A stretch of 40,341 bases of DNA from an uncultured Pseudomonadales bacterium (GTDB lineage Bacteria > Patescibacteriota > Microgenomatia > UBA1400 > RBG-16-45-19). The notes beneath the pieces were generated by a model, which saw nothing but the letters and a program-made list of their open reading frames with translations, made no database searches and was not told the origin of the DNA. Shown in pieces: positions 34,346-40,341 of this stretch. Location of the stretch: assembly GCA_964554085.1 (NCBI GenBank), contig CAZKMY010000001.1, positions 4,949 to 45,289 of the forward strand, read 5' to 3'. The position numbers were made by a program, and so were the translations under genes. Numbering within the stretch: the first letter of the stretch is position 1; each line of letters starts with the position of its first letter.

Positions 34346-35749
34346 TTAATACACATATAAGCGCTTTCGTACCGCTCCTACATCAAGGCGGAGAGACTCA
34401 GACTCTTGAAGTTCATGAGTAATCTTCTCGACTGCGTGCATGACGGTAGTATGATCTCGGCCGGAAAAAAGATCTCCTATCTCCATCAGGGGAATCCGAT
34501 AGTCAATTCGCAGTAAATACATGGCAATATGACGGGGAACCACGATCTTTTGAGTTCTGCCACTTCCTTTAAGCTGTTTGACATTGATTCCAAAATGATC
34601 AGCTACCCCCTTTATGAGTTCTGCTGGACGCAGTGGGGGTGGGGCATTCCCTCCGGAAGTAGCTGCTTCAGGCACCTTTCCCAGTGTTGCGAGCACTAAT
34701 TCTTGAGTTAACTCTTTTTTATGAAGTTTTACTTCCGTAGTAAGTTTGACCAAAAATCCCTCAATCTGACGCGCACTCTCAATATTGGCGGCAATTGCTT
34801 GGGCCATTTCCATAGATAATAGTAAATTTCGCTGCTTCGCCTTGATAAGGACAATCGCTGCCCGCAGCTCGAAATCAGGGTTCCCAATATCAACCAAGAG
34901 CCCTGCTTCAAATCGAGATCGAAGACGCGCTTCCAGCATTTTAATCTCTGAAGGGGGGCGATCACTGGTCATTACCACCTGACCTCCACCCTTCAAAATG
35001 GCATTAAACGTATGAAAGAATTCTTCCTGAACCGCATTCTTTCCGGCAATAAACTGAATATCGTCAATAAAAAGCCCTTTAACTTGACGATACCGCTGTT
35101 TAAATTCCCGAGTTGTTTTTTGTTGGATCGCATCAATGATCTCGTTGGTAAACTCCTCTCCCATACAAAAGATGAGTTTCATTTTAGGATCTTTTCTCAA
35201 AGCCTCAATAGCAACCGCTTGCATCAAGTGAGTTTTTCCTACTCCCACCCCCCCATAAATAAAGAGAGGATTGTAGGCTTTCCCCAAGTCTGCCGCTACC
35301 GCCTGGGCCGCCGCATGAGCCATCTCATTACTGGAAGACACGGCAAACGTTTCAAACACAAAATCTTCCCGCAGTCCTACCCGCTGAATTGCCCAATGGA
35401 GGTCGTCGGCCCGTTGTTCTTGGGCAGCAAATAGGGGGCCTGCATCAACAGCTCCTTTCGTGGGCTGGGCCGCAGTTGTCACAATCACAAACCTCAGCTC
35501 CACCGAAGCTTTGGTAATCCTTCCCAGCGCTTCTTGGATTTGTCCATAAAACCGCTGTTCAATAATTCGTTGATGGAACAAGGAGGGGCACTGAATATCT
35601 GCAATAATACGTCCAGACTCCGTTGTGGTGAGTTCGGCCAAGGATAAGGGCTTTATCCAACTGGTATAGGTTGCGGGCGACAGTGAGACCTGAAGATCTT
35701 CTGCCACCAGCTTCCAGACAGACGCAGGTTCATTCATAATGGTATTCAT
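34346..35749 (-). CDS. dnaA: Chromosomal replication initiator DnaA
   Basis: Walker A GGVGVGKTHLMQA, FIDDIQF, and the C-terminal DNA-binding part DHTTVMHA. The start is uncertain: ATG 35749 is chosen, ATG 35737 is possible, and the track start 35809 is GTG. Confidence 0.9.
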   Translation of the reverse strand: MNTIMNEPASVWKLVAEDLQVSLSPATYTSWIKPLSLAELTTTESGRIIADIQCPSLFHQRIIEQRFYGQIQEALGRITKASVELRFVIVTTAAQPTKGAVDAGPLFAAQEQRADDLHWAIQRVGLREDFVFETFAVSSSNEMAHAAAQAVAADLGKAYNPLFIYGGVGVGKTHLMQAVAIEALRKDPKMKLIFCMGEEFTNEIIDAIQQKTTREFKQRYRQVKGLFIDDIQFIAGKNAVQEEFFHTFNAILKGGGQVVMTSDRPPSEIKMLEARLRSRFEAGLLVDIGNPDFELRAAIVLIKAKQRNLLLSMEMAQAIAANIESARQIEGFLVKLTTEVKLHKKELTQELVLATLGKVPEAATSGGNAPPPLRPAELIKGVADHFGINVKQLKGSGRTQKIVVPRHIAMYLLRIDYRIPLMEIGDLFSGRDHTTVMHAVEKITHELQESESLRLDVGAVRKRLYVY

Positions 35750-35890
35750 ATAAAAACACGATTGTGGCAGAGTGGCAGTCTTCGGGTACAGACTAAAAAA
35801 GTTTTCCACAATTGTAAAGACCCAATTTTCATCAAGAATTGTGAGAAGAAATCAACGAAAGGATGTGGTAAGATACTCCCTGTTATTTAA

Positions 35891-35922
35891 CTACACCCTA
35901 TCCCCTACCTCCTATACCCTAA
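35891..35922 (+). repeat. Pyrimidine-rich element, CCCTRT subfamily, upstream of rpmH
   Basis: ctacaccctatcccctacctcctataccctaa. Confidence 0.6.
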
Positions 35923-35931
35923 AAGGAAAAT

Positions 35932-36072
35932 ATGATCAAACGCACCTGGCAACCAAAAAAACTCAAACGCGTCCGTAAGTTCGGCTTCATGGAACGTATG
36001 AATTCTGGTGATGGTAAACGTATTTTGTCTCGCCGCCGCCAAAAAGGCCGCACCAAATTGGTCACCGCCTAA
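35932..36072 (+). CDS. rpmH: 50S ribosomal protein L34
   Basis: Not in the ORF track because it is under 60 aa. Manual translation gives MIKRTWQPKKLKRVRKFGFMERMNSGDGKRILSRRRQKGRTKLVTA. It sits in the canonical position before rnpA. Confidence 0.9.
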   Translation: MIKRTWQPKKLKRVRKFGFMERMNSGDGKRILSRRRQKGRTKLVTA

Positions 36073-36081
36073 CCAAATAAA

Positions 36082-36402
36082 ATGATCCCCGCACAGTATC
36101 GATTAAAGCTTTCCTCGAAAAGCCGTTTTTTAGGAACTAAAAAATCGGGTTTTTGGGTCACCTACGTCACTGCTTCCGCAGACACTCCCCGGTGGGCAGT
36201 GCGCATCACCAAGCGGGTTATTCCCCTCGCCTCACATCGCAATCGCCTTCGTCGACAAATCAATCAGTGGTTGTATAAACAAAGAGAATCATTGTTAAAT
36301 CAATCTATTTTAATAATCATTATGCATGAACCCTCTACTCCAGCAGAATTAGAAGCACTACAAAATGAGCTACAACCATGTTTCAAGCAGAATCAAGAAT
36401 AG
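36082..36402 (+). CDS. rnpA: Ribonuclease P protein component
   Basis: 106 aa and basic. It contains [20 protein letters not shown] and shows synteny with rpmH and yidD. Confidence 0.8.
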   Translation: MIPAQYRLKLSSKSRFLGTKKSGFWVTYVTASADTPRWAVRITKRVIPLASHRNRLRRQINQWLYKQRESLLNQSILIIIMHEPSTPAELEALQNELQPCFKQNQE

Positions 36403-36614
36403 TTCAGGGGTATAAATTTCTTCGCCAACTCTTTAGTCTCCCGTTGGCAGCCTTAGGAATTACAGAGCATAATTGCCGCTTTTCTCCCACCTGTAGCGAA
36501 TATTGTGGTGAAGCCATTCACAAATACGGATTACTCAAAGGTGGAACAAAATGTGTCGGTCGTATTGTCCGCTGTCGTCCCGGCGTCCCCGGCGGGTTCG
36601 ATCCTTTGACTTAG
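36378..36614 (+). CDS. yidD: Membrane protein insertion efficiency factor YidD
   Basis: [44 protein letters not shown]. Confidence 0.85.
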   Translation: MFQAESRIVQGYKFLRQLFSLPLAALGITEHNCRFSPTCSEYCGEAIHKYGLLKGGTKCVGRIVRCRPGVPGGFDPLT

Positions 36615-36640
36615 GACTCATGACTTATGACTTAACACTT
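36607..36640 (+). repeat. Pseudo-tandem element, GACTYA subfamily (yidD-yidC spacer)
   Basis: tgacttaggactcatgacttatgacttaacactt. Confidence 0.65.
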
Positions 36641-36647
36641 TTCTGCA

Positions 36648-36656
36648 TGATATACT
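36648..36656 (+). promoter_or_regulatory. Extended -10-like element TGaTATACT, 9 nt upstream of the yidC ATG
   Basis: gcaTGaTATACTtccccatgtATG. Confidence 0.3.
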
Positions 36657-36665
36657 TCCCCATGT

Positions 36666-37439
36666 ATGTTTCAAACACTACTAATCCAACCACTTACCTT
36701 TGTTCTCGCGACCATTACCACTACAGTGGGTAATTATGGCACGGGAATCATTTTATTAACGCTGATTATTCGGTTAGTTCTTCTTCCCATCACCCTTCCC
36801 TCTTTAAAAATGGCCGCCAAGATGCGAGACCTGCAACCCGAAATTGATAAACTAAAGAAAAAATATGGTCAAGACAAAGTTGCTCTTCAACAAGCTCAAC
36901 TCGCTTTATTTCAAGAACATAAAATTAATCCTGCGAGTGGTTGTCTTCCCAACATTTTTCAATTCATTATCTTAATTGCGCTGTATCAAGTAATTAATGG
37001 GGTTACTACTCATCATCCTGCCGGAGCAATTCAATTCTTGTGGTTAGACATTACGAAAGCCGACTCACTCTACATCCTTCCCGTCGTTGCAGCGCTCACC
37101 CAGCTTATTCTCGGAGTGATGATGTTGCCGGCTACGGACACCTCTGCTGAACAAGCTTTGGCTGCCACCACAAACACGAAAGAAGACGATAAAAAAGCTG
37201 ATGATATGACCGCTATGGCTCAATCCATGCAACAACAAATGCTGTTTATGATGCCCGTAATGACCCTCTTCCTTGCTCTTAAATTTCCCGCAGGTCTTAC
37301 GCTGTACTGGGTAATTACCACAGTTTTTAGTATTGGTCAGCAATACATTGCCTCCGGTTGGGGAGGCCTCCCACACTCGGTTACCAAAACAAAAGTGTGG
37401 CTGTCTCGAGTATCAACTCGGAAGACTTCCACAAAATAG
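36666..37439 (+). CDS. yidC: YidC/Oxa1-family membrane protein insertase (short form)
   Basis: 257 aa. Motifs are GIILLTLIIRLVLLPIT, NPASGCLP and LTLYWVITTVFSIGQQ. Confidence 0.85.
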   Translation: MFQTLLIQPLTFVLATITTTVGNYGTGIILLTLIIRLVLLPITLPSLKMAAKMRDLQPEIDKLKKKYGQDKVALQQAQLALFQEHKINPASGCLPNIFQFIILIALYQVINGVTTHHPAGAIQFLWLDITKADSLYILPVVAALTQLILGVMMLPATDTSAEQALAATTNTKEDDKKADDMTAMAQSMQQQMLFMMPVMTLFLALKFPAGLTLYWVITTVFSIGQQYIASGWGGLPHSVTKTKVWLSRVSTRKTSTK

Positions 37440-37451
37440 AAAGGATTCGTC

Positions 37452-37916
37452 ATGACTGACAATCGCCTACAAAAAATTGAAGATTTACTCAAAGGTATGA
37501 GTTTTTCTGACGCTCAAATTTCCGCTGAAGAAACTGATGGCCATGTCCAAATTGCTATCACTCTCCCCGAAACCGACTCGGGGGCCCTTATTGGGTATCA
37601 TGGGGAAAAAATCGATGCCCTTCAGTTAGTTGCCAATTTGATGTGGAATCAGAACGCCGTTGTCTATACTCCCGTCCAAATAGACATTAATGGCTATCGG
37701 GCTCGTCGCCGCCAAACTCTGGAAGACTTAGCGGACAAAGCCGCTGCTAAAGCCATCGAAAGTGGCCGAGAAATTCTTCTCCCCCATCTTCCCAGTTACG
37801 AACGCCGCATTATTCATCTCTACCTCGAAAATAGATCTGACGTTACCACCTATTCAGAGGGTGAGGGGGAAGAGCGCCGCTTAGTTGTCCGCCCCGGCAC
37901 TGAATCTGCCGAATAA
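37452..37916 (+). CDS. jag: Jag/SpoIIIJ-associated RNA-binding protein (KH + R3H)
   Basis: 154 aa. The KH-like segment is LIGYHGEKIDALQ and the R3H segment is LPSYERRIIHLYL. Confidence 0.75.
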   Translation: MTDNRLQKIEDLLKGMSFSDAQISAEETDGHVQIAITLPETDSGALIGYHGEKIDALQLVANLMWNQNAVVYTPVQIDINGYRARRRQTLEDLADKAAAKAIESGREILLPHLPSYERRIIHLYLENRSDVTTYSEGEGEERRLVVRPGTESAE

Positions 37917-37923
37917 GAGCCAA

Positions 37924-38382
37924 ATGACAGCCGCCTATACCCTAAACCCTATCCCCTCCACCCTCGTCATTCACACTGATGGTGGTTCTCGTGGAAATCC
38001 CGGACCTGCCGCCACGGGAATTGTAATCCTTACGGAAAACGATGAAGTAATTCATGAGTTTGGCACCTATTTAGGCACTGCCACAAACAACGTTGCAGAA
38101 TATACTGCCGTCATTGATGCCCTAAAATGGCTTACCACCAATGACTTAGGACTCAACACTCATGACTTATCACTTTCCTTCAAGCTTGATTCTAAACTTG
38201 TTGTAGAGCAACTCAGTCATAATTGGAAGATTAAAGAATTTCATCTTGAGAAACTCGCGCAAACAGTATGGGAAATGCTTAAATCGAGCCATATATCAGC
38301 TAAATTTGAGTATATTCCTCGTGCACAAAACGCCGCCGCTGACCGCCAGGTCAACTTAACTCTTGATGCTGCGCTAATATAA
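37924..38382 (+). CDS. rnhA: Ribonuclease HI-family protein
   Basis: ATG 37924, 152 aa. Motifs are IHTDGGSRGNPGPAATG, NNVAEYTAVIDAL, LDSKLVVEQL and AQNAAADRQVN. It carries two in-frame low-complexity inserts. Confidence 0.75.
   Translation: MTAAYTLNPIPSTLVIHTDGGSRGNPGPAATGIVILTENDEVIHEFGTYLGTATNNVAEYTAVIDALKWLTTNDLGLNTHDLSLSFKLDSKLVVEQLSHNWKIKEFHLEKLAQTVWEMLKSSHISAKFEYIPRAQNAAADRQVNLTLDAALI
37934..37965 (+). repeat. Pyrimidine-rich element, CCCTRT subfamily, in frame at the rnhA N-terminus
   Basis: cctataccctaaaccctatcccctccaccctc, read as YTLNPIPSTL. Confidence 0.6.
38142..38173 (+). repeat. Pseudo-tandem element, GACTYA subfamily, in frame in rnhA
   Basis: atgacttaggactcaacactcatgacttatca, read as NDLGLNTHDLS. 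Confidence 0.65.
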
Positions 38383-38389
38383 AAATATA

Positions 38390-38445
38390 GTCTTCCATAC
38401 TTCCCATACTTCTATACCTCCCATACTTCCCTGTATACTATCCCC
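38390..38445 (+). repeat. Pyrimidine-rich pseudo-tandem element (CATACTTCC type) filling the rnhA-virB4 spacer
   Basis: gtcttccatacttcccatacttctatacctcccatacttccctgtatactatcccc. The -10-like TATACT (38434-38439) lies 6 nt before ATG 38446. Confidence 0.65.
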
Positions 38446-40341
38446 ATGCAGCTGCCATCGCTTTTGCGTGTCAAAAAAACCGCTACCAGTACCGACACTA
38501 CCCCATCTCCTCAAACAGTGAGCGTGTCTCCTTCAGCGCAAGACATGTTGGTTAAAGGGTTAGTTTCCATTCGAGATATTATTGCTCCAGAAGCCATTGA
38601 AGTTGAGTTTTCTTATCTCAAGTTTGGTAATGCCTTTACCCAAACCCTGTTTATTGCGGGGTATCCGCGTTTTGTGTCTGCCAACTGGCTTTCTCCGCTG
38701 ATCAACTTCAACCATTCATTAGATATCTCCATGCATATTTTTCCCGTCGACGGGAAATCAATTATGGACGATCTACGGCGAAAAATTACTGAAATGGAAG
38801 CGGAAATTCAATCCGACATTCGTCGCGGTCGTATTGCCAATATTGATACCCAAGTCAAACTTGAAGACGCCCACATGTTGCAGGAACAACTTGCCAAAGG
38901 GGCTGAACGGTTTTATCAATTTGGTCTCTATGTTACGATCACTGCTGACACACTCGACGAGCTTCAAACAATCTCCGCCCAAGTTCAAAGCACACTCAAT
39001 TCCCTCCTTATCATCAGTAAAAAAGCTTCACTCCAAATGGAGGATGGCTTCAAAACTACCCTTCCACAAGGCCTCGACCGACTTCAAATCACCCGCAATA
39101 TGGACACCACCTCTCTTGCTACCACGTTCCCTTTCACGTCATCCGATCTTACGTCAGATTCGGGAATTCTCTACGGCATCAATGAACACAATGATTCCTT
39201 AGTCGTCTTCGATCGCTTTAATCTTGAAAACGCCAATATGGTGGTTTTTGCCAAATCTGGTTCTGGTAAATCGTACGCCATCAAACTTGAATCGCTTCGC
39301 GCGCTCATGTTTGATACCGAGGTGATTATTATTGACCCCGAAGGCGAATATGTAGATATGGCGGGGGCTGTTGGTGGGGACTACGTTAATTTCAGCTTCA
39401 ATTCCCCCATCAAAATTAATCCATTTGATTTATCTCAAGTGTATGATTCAGAAGAAAACGAATTAGGTTTAAAAATTCTTTCACTGCACACGCTGCTCAA
39501 AATTATGTTGGGTGACACGAGCCCTGAAGAAGAAGCAATTCTTGATCGCGCGCTTGTGGCCGCCTATCAATCTAAAGGCATTACCCCTGATCCTGCCACC
39601 CAAAAAAATCCTCCTCCTCTCATGGAGGACCTGTACAAAATGCTTATTGGGATGGAATCGCAAAGTGCTCAAAACGTAGCCAGTCGTCTGGAAAAATTTA
39701 TCAAAGGCTCTTTCCGAGGCATTTTCGATCAACCCTCTTCTCTATCCATCAAAAATCAATTCACTGTCTTTGGTATCAAAGATATGGAAGATGCCCTACG
39801 TCCAATTGCCATGTTTATGATTCTCGATTTCATTTGGACTCGAGTTAAACGGGATCTAAAACGCCGACTTCTCGTTGTTGATGAGGCGTGGTACCTCATG
39901 CAATATCCGGATTCAGCTGCTTTTCTCTACGGTATTGCCAAACGGGCCCGTAAATACTACCTCGGCGTCACCACAATTACGCAAGACGTTGAAGATTTTA
40001 TCCATACTGACCAAGGTAAAGCTATCGTTTCTAATTCCTCACTCCAATTACTCATGAAACAATCCACCGTCGCCCTCGACAGTCTGGCTCACGCCTTTAA
40101 TTTATCTGAGGGAGAGCGTCGCCTACTCCTTTCTGCTGACGTGGGCGAAGGTCTTTTCTTTGCCGCCCAAAATCACGTAGCCCTTCGAGTTGTTTCTTCC
40201 CCCGAAGAACATCAATTAATCACCTCAAATCCTCAAGAAATTGCCGCCCGTCGTGCCCAAGCAGCATCTGTCAAAACCGCCCCGACCCAACAACCGCCAT
40301 CTCCCGCTCCCGTACCTTCTTCAAATCCCCTCCCCGCCCCC
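38446..40341 (+). CDS. virB4: VirB4/TrsE-type T4SS ATPase (3' end outside the window)
   Basis: Not in the ORF track because it has no stop. Manual translation is open for 632 codons from ATG 38446 to the window end. Walker A is VVFAKSGSGKSYAIK (about 39241-39285) and Walker B is RRLLVVDEAWYLM. Also present are GVTTITQDVEDF and a Pro-rich tail. Confidence 0.85.
   Translation, partial: MQLPSLLRVKKTATSTDTTPSPQTVSVSPSAQDMLVKGLVSIRDIIAPEAIEVEFSYLKFGNAFTQTLFIAGYPRFVSANWLSPLINFNHSLDISMHIFPVDGKSIMDDLRRKITEMEAEIQSDIRRGRIANIDTQVKLEDAHMLQEQLAKGAERFYQFGLYVTITADTLDELQTISAQVQSTLNSLLIISKKASLQMEDGFKTTLPQGLDRLQITRNMDTTSLATTFPFTSSDLTSDSGILYGINEHNDSLVVFDRFNLENANMVVFAKSGSGKSYAIKLESLRALMFDTEVIIIDPEGEYVDMAGAVGGDYVNFSFNSPIKINPFDLSQVYDSEENELGLKILSLHTLLKIMLGDTSPEEEAILDRALVAAYQSKGITPDPATQKNPPPLMEDLYKMLIGMESQSAQNVASRLEKFIKGSFRGIFDQPSSLSIKNQFTVFGIKDMEDALRPIAMFMILDFIWTRVKRDLKRRLLVVDEAWYLMQYPDSAAFLYGIAKRARKYYLGVTTITQDVEDFIHTDQGKAIVSNSSLQLLMKQSTVALDSLAHAFNLSEGERRLLLSADVGEGLFFAAQNHVALRVVSSPEEHQLITSNPQEIAARRAQAASVKTAPTQQPPSPAPVPSSNPLPAP

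Noticed and set aside
34087-34356. 89-aa minus-strand ORF in the dnaA-dnaN spacer.
   Set aside because: The region is saturated with DnaA-box 9-mers and AT-rich sequence, so it is far more likely to be oriC than coding.
36662-36733. ATG at 36662, 5 nt after the TATACT box, as a gene start.
   Set aside because: It is out of frame with yidC and encodes only 23 aa before a stop. The YidC-homologous frame starts at 36666.
10797-40341. Calling the whole region an integrative conjugative element or prophage.
   Set aside because: The window has no integrase, recombinase, relaxase, coupling protein, capsid or terminase genes, and no flanking direct repeats or tRNA. The locus is interleaved with oriC, dnaA, dnaN, rpmH, yidC, uppS and mevalonate genes.
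1-40341. tRNA, rRNA or other classical RNA genes in intergenic spacers.
   Set aside because: All spacers longer than 60 nt were read and contain repeats, promoters or DnaA boxes. These are 8813-8938, 15109-15299, 16432-16577, 18275-18386, 27485-27608, 32842-32950, 34064-34345, 35750-35931 and 38383-38445. None shows a cloverleaf-compatible arrangement (no GTTCRANYC T-loop motif).

Overview
This 40.3-kb chromosomal window looks like a small-genome Patescibacteria/CPR-type bacterium; that assignment is an inference from gene content and gene style, and no database search was run. It contains the replication-origin module: dnaN and dnaA on the minus strand, a dense DnaA-box cluster in their spacer, then rpmH-rnpA-yidD-yidC-jag-rnhA on the plus strand. 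The left arm (85-10654, all minus strand) carries housekeeping genes: nnr, recF, fpg, a GT4 glycosyltransferase, a stand-alone 5'-3' exonuclease, a 2-TM channel, ftsH, a CsaA-like tRNA-binding protein and a SpoIID-like protein. An isoprenoid cluster follows at 11.7-14.7 kb: uppS converges on isopentenyl-phosphate kinase and a mevalonate-(di)phosphate decarboxylase homologue, with two tiny ORFs upstream. The most interesting content is a Gram-positive-style type IV secretion / conjugative-pilus-like apparatus. It has nine paralogous VirB2/TrbC-like hairpin pilins (two at 10.8-11.7 kb, seven in tandem at 16.6-19.2 kb). It also has a VirB1/SLT-like secreted protein, a TrbL/VirB6-like polytopic protein, a bitopic M23 peptidase, a PrgI/VirB3-like protein, a stand-alone VirB4-N-domain-like protein and a VirB4 ATPase that runs off the window end. 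An ECF sigma / membrane-protein module precedes the tandem array. A reverse-strand two-gene cassette encoding an orphan ~1121-aa protein interrupts the locus, and the whole origin module separates it from its ATPase. No relaxase, coupling protein or integrase is visible. The DNA is also peppered with three kinds of small repeats: long imperfect hairpins with conserved termini, GC-rich CTGAGC..CGAAGG cores, and pyrimidine-rich pseudo-tandem 25-55-nt elements. Many of these sit in frame inside conserved genes; fpg carries four. Several genes have a -10-like hexamer exactly 6 nt upstream of the ATG, which suggests leaderless transcripts. All functional calls rest on motifs read by eye.
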